This document shows positions 16,265-25,872 of a stretch of DNA of 36,684 nucleotides, piece after piece. The stretch comes from a virus (Duplodnaviria; Caudoviricetes), in IMG/VR virus record IMGVR_UViG_3300037424_000400, positions 1 through 36,684 of that record, one strand, 5' to 3'. The notes beneath the pieces were generated by a model. The model searched no databases. It was not told the DNA's origin and saw only the letters and a list, made by a program, of their open reading frames with translations. Position numbers and translations under genes: made by a program. Positions within the stretch are counted from its first letter, which is position 1. The number at the start of each line of letters is the position of its first letter.

Positions 16265-16517
16265 GTGCCATATGTGCCAGCACTTTGTGCCAGACCCAAA
16301 ACCCCTAAAACCGAATGGAATCAAGGGGCGTGCCATACGTGCCATACGTGCCAGCACATTTTCCCGCGCGCGCGTATGCAAACACTTCCCGCACGTGCAT
16401 GACCTACGCGCGCGCGTACTACATCACCTGGCACACCTGGCACATATGGCACAGTTATTGAAAAGAAAAGGAAATTCGGTAAATTTCTGCTGGCACGTCT
16501 GCTGGCACGTCTGGCAC
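16265..16517. repeat. Iteron-like array, putative replication origin
   Basis: Six GTGCCA followed by six inverted TGGCAC, central CGCGCGCGCGTA/TACGCGCGCGCG inverted repeat, AT-rich patch 16455-16486. Confidence 0.75.
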
Positions 16518-16522
16518 AGACC

Positions 16523-17149
16523 ATGATCGAGTCCAAAACCGCCTTCGCCCGGCGCCTGGGCGTGCACAAATCGCAGATCACGCGCGCCGCGCAGGCCGGG
16601 CGTCTGGTGCTGACGGCCGACGGCCGGGTGGAGGTCGAGGCCAGCATCCCGCTCTGGTACGCAACCAAGGGCAGCAGGGATGACGTGGCGGCTCGGCACG
16701 CCGCCCAGCGGGGCGCAGGCGCGGCGAACGCCGGCGCGGCCGGGCTGACAGGGCAGGGCGCGGGGGAAAGCGCCGCAAACGGGCTGGATTCGCATCCGGC
16801 AACCGGCGGCGCAACGGCCGCAACCGATGGCGCGCTCGAAACCCGCGCCGCCGCCCAGGCGCGCAAGGAATCGGCCGGCGCCGACCTGCTCGAACTCGAG
16901 CGCGCGCAGAAGCTCGGCGCGCTGATCGCGCGCGAAGATGCCGACGCCGCGATGAAGTTCATCGGCGGGGCGCTTCGCGCCGCCCTGGACATCATGCCCG
17001 ACCAGACCGCGCCGCTGGTCGCGCCGATCACAGGCCTCGATGAAGTGCATGCGCTGCTGCGCGAGGCCGCGCAGTCGGTGCTCGCCAGCGTCGGCGAGGC
17101 GATCGAGCGGCAGCGGCGGGAGCTGGAAGCGGTGAAGGCGGGCGCATGA
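16523..17149 (+). CDS. Terminase small subunit (Nu1-like)
   Basis: N-terminal HTH (SKTAFARRLGVHKSQIT), coiled coil, GALIARE; upstream of GpA. Confidence 0.75.
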   Translation: MIESKTAFARRLGVHKSQITRAAQAGRLVLTADGRVEVEASIPLWYATKGSRDDVAARHAAQRGAGAANAGAAGLTGQGAGESAANGLDSHPATGGATAATDGALETRAAAQARKESAGADLLELERAQKLGALIAREDADAAMKFIGGALRAALDIMPDQTAPLVAPITGLDEVHALLREAAQSVLASVGEAIERQRRELEAVKAGA

Positions 17150-18243
17150 GCGTCCGAATTGTCCACGGCGATTGTCTTGAAGAGCTGCGCAAGCTGCCGG
17201 CCGCCTCAGTGCATTGCTGCGTCACCAGCCCGCCGTATTGGGGTCTTCGAGACTACGGCGTAGCCGGGCAGATCGGCCTTGAATCCACGCCCCTAGATTA
17301 CGTCGAAAAGATGGTGGCCGTGTTCCGCGAAGCGCGTCGCGTGCTGCGCGACGATGGGACGCTCTGGCTGAACCTCGGCGACAGTTATGCGGGCAGCGGG
17401 CGTGGCGGGTATGCCGGAAACAAAAGTGGGTTGGATGGATCGGTGGACGGACAGGACAAATCGAGGATCGCTCGTGGGTCGCAACTTGCGGCCGGATTAC
17501 ACGAATCCGCATGCGAAGCGGGGGCAATTGGTCGAGCATGGATTCCTCCACCTAACGGGCTCAAGCAAAAAAATTTGGTGGGCATCCCTTGGCGCGTCGC
17601 GTTCGCCCTACAAGCCGATGGCTGGTATCTGCGCCAGGACATCATCTGGCACAAGCCGAACCCGATGCCAGAGAGCGTGCGGGACCGCTGCACAAAGGCC
17701 CACGAATACATCTTCCTGCTGGCGAAGTCGGAGCGGTACTACTACGACGCCGATGCAATCGCCGAGGCGGTCGTGGGCGACCCGGAGGCCTCCCGCAATC
17801 GGTGGGACACCAAGGACTATGATGTGCCGGGACAGAAGCCGCAGAAGCGCCTCACGCGCGGGAAGCATTCGACGCAGGCCCCGCAGTCCTCTGGACACCG
17901 CATCGTGGAGAACGTCGCGCGGGCCCGCGCGGCTGGCGCGGATCACGACTCGCCGTTCGGCGACACCCGCAACAAGCGCAGCGTGTGGACCGTCACGACA
18001 AAGGCATATGCAGACGCTCACTTCGCTACCTTCCCACCGGATCTGATTGAACCCTGCATCCTCGCCGGCTGCCCGAGGGGGGGGGTAGTCCTAGACTGTT
18101 TTGGCGGCGCCGGGACAACCGGGCTGGTAGCAGACCGCCTGCAGCGCGACGCTATCCTGATCGAACTGAATCCAGAGTACGCGGCGATGGCAAATAGACG
18201 CATCACCGCAGATTCTCCGATGTTTTCGCAAGTCGGCGCATGA
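17146..18243 (+). CDS. DNA methyltransferase, N4-C/N6-A beta class
   Basis: VTSPPYWG catalytic motif, DIIWHKPNPMPES, HFATFPPDL, VLDCFGGAGTTG SAM motif. Confidence 0.95.
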   Translation: MSVRIVHGDCLEELRKLPAASVHCCVTSPPYWGLRDYGVAGQIGLESTPLDYVEKMVAVFREARRVLRDDGTLWLNLGDSYAGSGRGGYAGNKSGLDGSVDGQDKSRIARGSQLAAGLHESACEAGAIGRAWIPPPNGLKQKNLVGIPWRVAFALQADGWYLRQDIIWHKPNPMPESVRDRCTKAHEYIFLLAKSERYYYDADAIAEAVVGDPEASRNRWDTKDYDVPGQKPQKRLTRGKHSTQAPQSSGHRIVENVARARAAGADHDSPFGDTRNKRSVWTVTTKAYADAHFATFPPDLIEPCILAGCPRGGVVLDCFGGAGTTGLVADRLQRDAILIELNPEYAAMANRRITADSPMFSQVGA

Positions 18244-20096
18244 ACCTCGCCCACCTCACCCCCACGCTCGGCCAGGCGGACCTGCTCGCGGTCGCCTGGC
18301 GCGCGGCGTCGCCCAGGCGGGTGTTGTCGGTGTCGGCGTGGGCGGACGAATACCGGGTGCTGACGGGCAAGCAGGCCGGCGAGCGCGGCCGGTATCGCAC
18401 GGCGCGCACGCCGTTTATCCGCGAGATCCAGGACTGCCTGTCCGCGCTCTCGCGCGTGACCGACATCGTGGTGAAGAAATCCAGCCAGGTCGGGATCACG
18501 GAGGCGACGGTGAACTTCATCGGCTACGCGATGGAGCACGCGCCGGCGCCGATGATGGTGATGATGCCGACGCTGGAATCGCGCGACGCGTGGAAGGTGC
18601 AGAAGTTGAACCCGCTTTTGCAGGAGACGCCGTGCGTGCGCGAGCTGCTCGGCGGGGTGCGTTCGCGCGACGCGGCGAACCGGCAGGACCTGATCGACTT
18701 CCCCGGCGGGGTGCTGTTTCTCGCCGGCGGGAATTCGCCGAACTCGTACGCGCAGAAGTCGGTGCGCTACCTGGTGCTCGACGACCTGGATCGCTTTCCC
18801 GAGGAGATCGGCGAGGAAGGCGACGTGATCACGCTGGCCGAAGGCCGCACCAAGGCGTTCGCGCGGTCCAAACGTCTGTATATCAGCACGCCGACGGTGA
18901 AGGACGGCCTGATCGACCGGCAATGGCAGAAGAGCGACCAGCGCACCTACCACGTCGCCTGCCCGCACTGCGGCGCGCGCCAGCCGCTCGACTGGGGCGG
19001 GCCCGATCTGCCTTACGGCATCAAGTGGACCAAGCACGCCAACGGGGAGATCATCAACGCGCGCTATCTGTGCCGCGAATGCGCGGCCGAGATCCACGAG
19101 CACCACAAGCCGGCGCTGCTCGCCGGCGGCGTGTGGATCGCGGCGCACCCGGAGCGCGCGATGCGCGGCTATCACATCAGCGCGCTCTATGCGCCGATCG
19201 GGCTGGGCCCCTCCTGGCTCGAGCTCGCGCGCGGCTGGCACGACGCGCAGGCCTCCACCGCGACGCTGCGCGCGTTCATCAACACGCAGCTCGGCGAGGC
19301 CTGGGAAGAGCGCGGCGAGTCGATCGACCCGAACACGCTCCTGAACCGGCTCGAGGTGTACCCGGCCGCACCGCCGCCGCGCGTGCGCGGCGTCGGCATC
19401 GACGTGCAGAAAGACCGCATCGAGGTGTCGCTGCTCGAATTTGGCGACGGCGAGGAGGCCTGGTACATCGACCACCTGATCGTGGAAGGCGACACCGCGG
19501 GCCTCGACCCCTGGGACGAACTCGCCGACGAGCTCGACGCGCTCGCGCCCGACTGCGGCGGCATCGACTCGGGCTACAACGCCGACCAGGTGTATGCGTT
19601 CTGCAAAAAGCGGCCGTGGCTGTACGTGTGCAAGGGCATCGAGGGGCGCGGCAAGACGCTCACCGAAGACGACGACGCGCGTAAGCGCCGGCTGCGCAAG
19701 CGCCGCAAGAAAGGATTTTCCCCGTTCCTGGTGTCCGACGAAGCGGCGAAAGCGCTCCTCACCCAGCGGTTGAAGCTCGCGCCGCCGGAAGAGAACGGCA
19801 CGCGCCCGGGGTATCTGCATTTTCCGCGCGAGGCGGCGTTCGACGACGAGTTTTTCGCGCAGCTCGCCTCGAACAAGCTGGTGGAGAAAACCAAGCGCCG
19901 TCGCCTGGTGCGCGAATGGGTGCAGACGCGTGTACGCAACGAAGCGTTCGATTGCTGGAAACTCGCGCTCGCGGGGCTGCGGCTGTCGAAGCTGCAGCCC
20001 GGGGCGGCGCGCCGCGGCGGGATCTCGCTCGCCGGCAGCGCGCGCGCGGCGGCGGGCGGCATCAGCCTGGCCGGGTCGCGGCGCGGCAACGCATGA
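18240..20096 (+). CDS. Terminase large subunit, lambda GpA family
   Basis: KSSQVGITE Walker A, YLVLDDLDR, ISTPT, CPHCG, GIDVQKDR, RNEAFDC. Confidence 0.95.
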   Translation: MNLAHLTPTLGQADLLAVAWRAASPRRVLSVSAWADEYRVLTGKQAGERGRYRTARTPFIREIQDCLSALSRVTDIVVKKSSQVGITEATVNFIGYAMEHAPAPMMVMMPTLESRDAWKVQKLNPLLQETPCVRELLGGVRSRDAANRQDLIDFPGGVLFLAGGNSPNSYAQKSVRYLVLDDLDRFPEEIGEEGDVITLAEGRTKAFARSKRLYISTPTVKDGLIDRQWQKSDQRTYHVACPHCGARQPLDWGGPDLPYGIKWTKHANGEIINARYLCRECAAEIHEHHKPALLAGGVWIAAHPERAMRGYHISALYAPIGLGPSWLELARGWHDAQASTATLRAFINTQLGEAWEERGESIDPNTLLNRLEVYPAAPPPRVRGVGIDVQKDRIEVSLLEFGDGEEAWYIDHLIVEGDTAGLDPWDELADELDALAPDCGGIDSGYNADQVYAFCKKRPWLYVCKGIEGRGKTLTEDDDARKRRLRKRRKKGFSPFLVSDEAAKALLTQRLKLAPPEENGTRPGYLHFPREAAFDDEFFAQLASNKLVEKTKRRRLVREWVQTRVRNEAFDCWKLALAGLRLSKLQPGAARRGGISLAGSARAAAGGISLAGSRRGNA

Positions 20097-20395
20097 GCAC
20101 GCGCGACGACGATTTGATCCGCGACATCCTCGCGCGCGTGCTCAAAGTCATCGCGAGCGGCGACACGTTCAGCGAAGCGCTGTCGGTGCAGATCGAGGAG
20201 GAAGTGCATCACGACTGGGCGGGCGAGACCTACCGCGTCTCCAAGCGCATCGACAACCCGAAAAGCGCACGCTACGGTCCGCATTTGAAAAAGGCGATCG
20301 TCGCCGAAGCGGAAAAGGGGACGCCGGTGCCGGAGGTGCAGCGCAAGTTCGGGGTGGGCAGGGCGACGATTTATAGGCTGTTGAAGCGCGGGTGA
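20093..20395 (+). CDS. Mor/C-like transcriptional activator (C-terminal HTH)
   Basis: WAGETYRV and EVQRKFGVGRATIYRLLK; ATGA-coupled to terL. Confidence 0.7.
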   Translation: MSTRDDDLIRDILARVLKVIASGDTFSEALSVQIEEEVHHDWAGETYRVSKRIDNPKSARYGPHLKKAIVAEAEKGTPVPEVQRKFGVGRATIYRLLKRG

Positions 20396-20428
20396 AGGTG
20401 ATGCTGTTCGTTAAAAGGGGTTGAAAGT

Positions 20429-21412
20429 ATGGCAGAGATAAGCACCCAACGGTCGATCGATTCTTTAATCCGCGATTTTGCGCGGCGCGTGTCGGAACGC
20501 GCGACGCTACCCGTGGTGCACAAAGCGTTTTCCGATAGTCCATTGGGCGCGCTCGCCCTGACACCGGTTGCGCCCCCTCCCGAGAAACAGGAAGCGCCGA
20601 TTATTACGCGCGCTGAAGCGGTACGGGCTGACATCATTTTTCAGGCAGCCGCCCAGACAGCGTTTAAGCGAGTGCTAAAGGCAGAACCGAACGGAACGCT
20701 GCTCGGCAAAAAAGCAGTCGAAATATGCCAGACAGCCTTCAATTCCGCGATAAAAATGCATTGCGGAAAAATTCTCGCTGCGGCGAAGGTGAAGCCCGGA
20801 GCATTTAACTCAATCATGGAGCAAAAAGCAAAAGCCAAACTGGCCCGGAAAGAACTCGCCGCCGAACTCCGTTCCGGTAGAAAGCGATTGAGCAATTTGC
20901 AGTGGAAGATTGCCCATGCCGATGATGTCGCGGAACGCCTGGTTGAGGCACGAAGGCGCGAGAAGGTAAAGGGTGCGCGCGAACAGTTGGCAAACGCTCT
21001 TGTATCGGCGCGGGCTAGACTAAAGGCGCTTAGAAATAGTTTTGATAGCGACTCCCACACTCTGGTCGGTTATGCGAGGTCGGCTATGAATGATGTGATT
21101 ATCGCTGGCAGCCAATATCCAGAAATTCCACTTCCCACGTTTAAGCCGACTCCAAACGCCAGTGGTTTGCCATCCGCGCCTGGTATTTACTTTCTATGGG
21201 TTGACGATGTGGTCGAGTACGTTGGTCAATCGATACGCCTTTGTGACCGTCTCCGATTGGGGATGCATCACGTTCTTAATGAGAGGCATCGGATATCAGT
21301 GGTTTTCGTGGATCGGAAGGAATTGACATGGGCTGAGTGCTACTACATCGGGGCGCTTAGGCCACATAGAAACTTCGGTGCAAGTGCATCACATTACGAA
21401 CCACCCGATTAG
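20429..21412 (+). CDS. Moron: coiled-coil protein with C-terminal GIY-YIG nuclease-like domain
   Basis: PSAPGIYFL...EYVGQSIRLCDRL...E...P..N; visibly AT-richer than its flanks. Confidence 0.75.
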   Translation: MAEISTQRSIDSLIRDFARRVSERATLPVVHKAFSDSPLGALALTPVAPPPEKQEAPIITRAEAVRADIIFQAAAQTAFKRVLKAEPNGTLLGKKAVEICQTAFNSAIKMHCGKILAAAKVKPGAFNSIMEQKAKAKLARKELAAELRSGRKRLSNLQWKIAHADDVAERLVEARRREKVKGAREQLANALVSARARLKALRNSFDSDSHTLVGYARSAMNDVIIAGSQYPEIPLPTFKPTPNASGLPSAPGIYFLWVDDVVEYVGQSIRLCDRLRLGMHHVLNERHRISVVFVDRKELTWAECYYIGALRPHRNFGASASHYEPPD

Positions 21413-21466
21413 CTTGGGTGTGGACACGATGTTCTTTTTGAAGCGAAACTGAGAAAGGAGAATGAC

Positions 21467-21736
21467 ATGAACCGCCGCGGTTTTCTATCCCTGGTGTTAG
21501 CTACCATGCTTCCGGCGCCAAACGCGAACGCAATGCCAAAGGAAGCTGCGAAAATGGTGTTTGCTGAACCGTTCCTCAAAAGCCCGACGTTCTGCACGTC
21601 GGTAGGATGGTCGGCAGGATCGGCGGTCGGACCGACCTCGCGCTGCGTGGTCACCAACGTGTTTAGATTCAGAGATAGCCTTGAAGATCTTCGGTCGGCG
21701 GCGCAGATCGAGGCCGCCGCCAGCTTTAAGTCGTGA
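21467..21736 (+). CDS. Small protein with twin-arginine-like N-terminus
   Basis: AAGGAG RBS; MNRRGFLSLVLA. Confidence 0.5.
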   Translation: MNRRGFLSLVLATMLPAPNANAMPKEAAKMVFAEPFLKSPTFCTSVGWSAGSAVGPTSRCVVTNVFRFRDSLEDLRSAAQIEAAASFKS

Positions 21737-21744
21737 TCCGCCGC

Positions 21745-21788
21745 CCTGTCTCACTTGCCTTAACTTGAGACAGCCGCGCGGCTAAGGT
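21745..21788 (+). promoter_or_regulatory. Activator-dependent late promoter 1
   Basis: CTGTCTCA-N12-TGAGACAG dyad, then TAAGGT -10; 33-bp exact copy at 26315. Confidence 0.7.
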
Positions 21789-21827
21789 GCAAGGGAGTGC
21801 GACCCCCCCCACCCGGAGCCCTTGCAG

Positions 21828-22055
21828 ATGGCCGGCATTACCCTCGCGCAAGCCGAAACCCAGCTTGCCGCCTACCTCGCCGCCGAAACCGCTGTTCTTT
21901 CCGGCCAAGCCTACGAAATCGCCGGGCGCACGCTGCGCCGTGCGAATCTGGAGGACATCCGCCTCGGCATTGCCACCTGGGATGCGCGCGTCAAAACGCT
22001 TGCGCGCGCCGCCGAAGGCCGCACCCGGTCGCGCACCATGGTGCCGGGCGGCTGA
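21828..22055 (+). CDS. Head completion protein gpW-like (DUF6148)
   Basis: YLAAETAVLSGQAYEIAGRTLRRANLEDIR; precedes the portal. Confidence 0.85.
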   Translation: MAGITLAQAETQLAAYLAAETAVLSGQAYEIAGRTLRRANLEDIRLGIATWDARVKTLARAAEGRTRSRTMVPGG

Positions 22056-22057
22056 CC

Positions 22058-23989
22058 GTGAAGCGCCTGCCCGTTATCACCCCGAACCTGCTCGACCGCG
22101 CGATCGCCGCGGTGGCGCCGCGCTTCGCCGTCAAGCGGCTGCAGGCGCGCACCATGCTGGCCCTGGCCGGCGGCTACACCGGCGCGCGCATGGACCGCGC
22201 GAGCCTCGGCGGCTGGCACGCGCAGCCGGGCGGCCCGGAGTCCGATATCGTCGCCGACCTCCCCGCGCTGCGCGCGCGCTCGCGCGACCTCGCGCGGAAC
22301 GTCCCCATCGCCGCCGGTGCGATCGGCACGCAGGTGTCGCATGTGGTCGGCACCGGCCTGTCGGCCTCGCCCAGCCCGGACGCCGCGTTCCTGGGCCTTA
22401 CCGAGGCCGCCGCCGAGGCCTGGCAGGTGGCGACGCAGCGCGAGTGGAAGCTGTGGGCCGAATCGCGCGACTGCGACGCGGCGCGCCAGCTCAACTTCTA
22501 CGGCCTGCAGCGGCTCGCGTTTCGCAGCGCGCTCGAATCGGGCGACGCGTTCGTGCTCACGCCGAACCTGCGCCGGCCGAACCGGCCCTATCAGCTCACG
22601 CTGCAGGTGATCGAGGCCGATCGCGTGTGTAACCCGGATTACAAGGCGGATTCGGACGCCATCGTCGCCGGCATCGAGCGCGCCGGCGTGGGCGGCGAGG
22701 CGATCGCGTGCCACATCGTCGACCGGCACCCGGGCGAACTGCGCAAACGCGGCGCGAACTGGACGCGCTACGTCTACACCGGCAACGCCAGCGGGCGGCG
22801 CAACGTGCTGCACCTCTTCGAGCCGACGCGGCCGGGCCAGGTGCGCAGCGTGCCCGCGCTCGCGCCGATCATCGAGCCGCTGAAGCAGCTCGGGCGCTAC
22901 ACCGAGGCCGAGCTGCAGGCGGCGGTGACCTCGGGGCTATTTTCCGTGTTCGTGAAAATGGACCCCGAAGCGTTCAACGAACTGTTCGACGGCGACGCGC
23001 AGGAGACCATCGTCAACCAGGCGAAGGGCTGGTCGGGTGAAATGGAAAGCGGCAAGGCGATCAACCTGCTGCCCGGCGAAGACATCACCTCGGCCAACCC
23101 CGGGCGGCCGAACGCCGCGTTCGATCCGTTCGTGCAGGCGATCCTGCAGCAGATCGGCATGGCGCTCGAAATCCCCTACGAAGTGCTGACCATGCACTTT
23201 TCCTCGAGCTACAGCGCGGCGCGCGCGGCGCTCCTGTCGGCGTGGCGGTTTTTCCGCTCGCGCCGCGACTGGCTCGCGACCTACCTGTGCCAGCCGGTCT
23301 ATGAGCTGTGGCTGGAGGAGGCGGTGTCGATCGGCCGCATCGCCGCGCCCGGCTTTTTCGCCGACCCCGCGGTGCGCGCCGCCTGGTGCGCGGTGCAGTG
23401 GACCGGCGACGGCCCCGGTTCGATCGATCCGGTGAAAGAAGTTGCCGCTGCGCAGCAGCGCGTCGACATGGGCATTTCCACGCTCGCGGCCGAATCGATC
23501 CTGTATGACGGCGTCGACTGGGACACCAAGCACCGGCAGCGGGTGAAGGAAGAGGCGGCGAGGAAGGAAGGCGGGCTCGCCCAGGTGGCGCCCGCCGTCG
23601 TGCCGGCGCCGGGCGCACCGCAGGACGCAGACGCCGAAAACGTGGACGGAACCGATGCCGAAGCACCGGGCGCGATCGACGCGACGCGGCTCGAATCGCC
23701 GGCGTATCGCGCAGAGATCGAAGCGCCGCGCGAGCGCGATCCGCTTACCGCGGTGCTCGGCGCCGCGCTCACCGCGGCGGTGCAGCGCGCCCCGGCCGGA
23801 TCGACCACCTACCAGGGCCGGCCGGTGAAGGCCTGGACGTTCGAGACCGACGAGCGCGGCATCACCACCGCCACACCGATTACCGAAGAGGCACCCGTCA
23901 TGGGCTGGACATTCGAAACCGACAACCAGGGCAACACCGTCGTGCGCCAGAAGGCGCTCGACGCGCAGACGGAGGAGCAACCCGCATGA
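22058..23989 (+). CDS. Portal protein, lambda family, with C-terminal extension
   Basis: LRARSRDLARN, LQVIEADR, RPGQVRSVP, SYSAARAAL, IDPVKE; GTG start at 22058. Confidence 0.95.
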   Translation: MKRLPVITPNLLDRAIAAVAPRFAVKRLQARTMLALAGGYTGARMDRASLGGWHAQPGGPESDIVADLPALRARSRDLARNVPIAAGAIGTQVSHVVGTGLSASPSPDAAFLGLTEAAAEAWQVATQREWKLWAESRDCDAARQLNFYGLQRLAFRSALESGDAFVLTPNLRRPNRPYQLTLQVIEADRVCNPDYKADSDAIVAGIERAGVGGEAIACHIVDRHPGELRKRGANWTRYVYTGNASGRRNVLHLFEPTRPGQVRSVPALAPIIEPLKQLGRYTEAELQAAVTSGLFSVFVKMDPEAFNELFDGDAQETIVNQAKGWSGEMESGKAINLLPGEDITSANPGRPNAAFDPFVQAILQQIGMALEIPYEVLTMHFSSSYSAARAALLSAWRFFRSRRDWLATYLCQPVYELWLEEAVSIGRIAAPGFFADPAVRAAWCAVQWTGDGPGSIDPVKEVAAAQQRVDMGISTLAAESILYDGVDWDTKHRQRVKEEAARKEGGLAQVAPAVVPAPGAPQDADAENVDGTDAEAPGAIDATRLESPAYRAEIEAPRERDPLTAVLGAALTAAVQRAPAGSTTYQGRPVKAWTFETDERGITTATPITEEAPVMGWTFETDNQGNTVVRQKALDAQTEEQPA

Positions 23990-24381
23990 GCTCCAAATAC
24001 AACGCCGCGCGCCGCGCCTTCGGCGAAGGCTCGCTCTCCTGGACGCGCGACCGCATCGTCGCGCAGCTCGTGTCCGCGGAATACAAATTCAACGAGACCC
24101 ACGCCACCGACACATGGCTCGCTGGCCGCGTCGGCGATCCGGTCGAACTCGCCGAGCGCAGCGTCGCCGCCACCGGGCACGTGCGCGCGAAGCAGATGAT
24201 ATTCAGGGCCGTGCGCGGGCCGCAGGTGGTGGCGCTGGCGATCTACCGCGCGCCGGGCGAGGGAAGCAAGCAGCCGCGCACGCTGATCGCCTATATCGAC
24301 GACGTCGAGGCCTTCCCGATGATGCCCAACGGCGGCGACATCCTGATCGACATGCCCGAGCAGGGCATATTCCGCGTCTAG
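23986..24381 (+). CDS. Putative virion structural protein
   Basis: GSLSWTRDRIVAQLV...LIAYID...PNGGDILI...GIF pattern seen in phage fibre-associated proteins. Confidence 0.65.
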   Translation: MSSKYNAARRAFGEGSLSWTRDRIVAQLVSAEYKFNETHATDTWLAGRVGDPVELAERSVAATGHVRAKQMIFRAVRGPQVVALAIYRAPGEGSKQPRTLIAYIDDVEAFPMMPNGGDILIDMPEQGIFRV

Positions 24382-24384
24382 CGC

Positions 24385-25443
24385 ATGTACCTTTCTGACT
24401 TCATCAAGGAGACGGCCCCGGCGCCCGGCGTCGGCGCGTATGCGCTCGCCGGCGCCGCCGCGGGCTTCACCGCGATCCCCACCGCGGCCGATGGCCTGAC
24501 GCTGCCCTACGGCGCGACCGACGGCAGCGGCTACGAAACCGGCATCGGCACCTACACCCACGCCACGCGCACGCTCGCGCGCACCACAATCAAGAAATCG
24601 TCGAACAGCGACAACGCGGTGAACTGGGCAGGCGGGACGATCAGCATCGTCGTCGGGCTGCTCGCCGACATGGTGCCCGCCACCTACGGCACCACCGGCC
24701 AGGTGCTGCGCGGCGTCACCGGCGCAGCACCCGCCTGGGGCGCCCCGCTCGCCATCGGCGATACCATTACCGACGCCACTGCGGGGAGCATTTTATTTGC
24801 CGGCGCGGCGGGCGTGGTCGCGCAGGACAACACCAACCTCAAATGGGGCACGACCGCAGGCCAAGGCTTGACCGCGAAGGCGGGAACGGCAGCAAGCGCA
24901 GTCTCGGCGTTCGAACTCAGCCAAACTTGGAACTACGCAACCGCTGCAATCACCGGCGTCAAGTGGACGTTCACCGATACATCCAGCCATGCGAACACGC
25001 TGGCGCTGCATATATTGGGCGGGGTGGCTGGGGCGACGGACCTCCTCAAACTTACGAAAACCGGGGCTTTGCAAGTAGCAGACGGATCGAGTACTGCGCC
25101 ATCATATTCGTTTGCTGGCGACCCTGACACCGGATTTTTTAGCTATACAAATGGAAATTTTGCTGTAACCAACAATGGGCAGGTAAATTTCGGGTATGTA
25201 GGCAACTCCCTGATTGCTAGGTCAACTGGTTCCTATAACTTTGCATCCGGTGGCACAGTGCTTTCTAGAGACACAAGTATAACGAGGCTAGCAGAAGGCG
25301 TAATTCAGATAGGCGTTGGGGCGCTTGCAGGTTCTACCGGCACTATTCAGTGCAAGCACAACTCTAGCGACGGCAGTGCTGGCGTATCAGGCACAGGCAC
25401 CACCATTACCTGCAAAGACGGAATCATCACGGCTATTTCGTAA
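24385..25443 (+). CDS. Fibre-like virion protein
   Basis: YETGIGTY...TLARTTIKKSSNSDNAVNW N-domain, GTTGQVL, DGSSTAPSYSFAGDPDTGFF fibre motifs; Gly/Thr/Ala-rich. Confidence 0.75.
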   Translation: MYLSDFIKETAPAPGVGAYALAGAAAGFTAIPTAADGLTLPYGATDGSGYETGIGTYTHATRTLARTTIKKSSNSDNAVNWAGGTISIVVGLLADMVPATYGTTGQVLRGVTGAAPAWGAPLAIGDTITDATAGSILFAGAAGVVAQDNTNLKWGTTAGQGLTAKAGTAASAVSAFELSQTWNYATAAITGVKWTFTDTSSHANTLALHILGGVAGATDLLKLTKTGALQVADGSSTAPSYSFAGDPDTGFFSYTNGNFAVTNNGQVNFGYVGNSLIARSTGSYNFASGGTVLSRDTSITRLAEGVIQIGVGALAGSTGTIQCKHNSSDGSAGVSGTGTTITCKDGIITAIS

Positions 25444-25453
25444 AGGACGACCA

Positions 25454-25687
25454 ATGCCCACCCTAACCATCACCTACCCCGCAGGCGACGGACAACGATT
25501 TGCCGCAGCCCTGGGCAAAGCGCAATCCCTGAAAGACGCGAACGACAATCCGCGCAGCGCGACAGCCGCTGAGTGCAAGTCCTTCCTGATTGGGCGGGCG
25601 CGGCAGCTGATCGTGGATGTTGAAGGGGCCGAGCTGACGAAGGCGGCGCTCGACGCTGTGGTCGTGCCTTCGGTGGACATGACATGA
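25454..25687 (+). CDS. Hypothetical protein (possible fibre chaperone)
   Basis: AAGGA RBS, follows the fibre gene. Confidence 0.6.
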   Translation: MPTLTITYPAGDGQRFAAALGKAQSLKDANDNPRSATAAECKSFLIGRARQLIVDVEGAELTKAALDAVVVPSVDMT

Positions 25688-25869
25688 ACGACCTCGACAT
25701 TCGCATTGCCGCGCTCGCGCGCGAGTACCAGGCGCATGTCGCGCAACTCTCCGGCCGGGCCGCTGGCCTGGCCGCAGAACTTGCCGCGACGCAGGCGCAG
25801 CTCGAAGCCGCGCAAAAGCGCGTGGCCGAACTCGAAAAGCCGGCCGAGGCCGCAAAAAACGGAGAGTAA
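25684..25869 (+). CDS. Small coiled-coil protein
   Basis: Heptad pattern; ATGA coupling. Confidence 0.65.
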   Translation: MNDLDIRIAALAREYQAHVAQLSGRAAGLAAELAATQAQLEAAQKRVAELEKPAEAAKNGE

Positions 25870-25872
25870 TCC

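Noticed and set aside
16254-16526. 90-aa His/Cys-rich ORF
   Set aside because: Its periodic residues are a by-product of the GTGCCA/TGGCAC DNA repeats
20015-20085. Duplicated GGISLAGS peptide at the terminase C-terminus
   Set aside because: Short tail duplication with diverged codons and no evident functional implication
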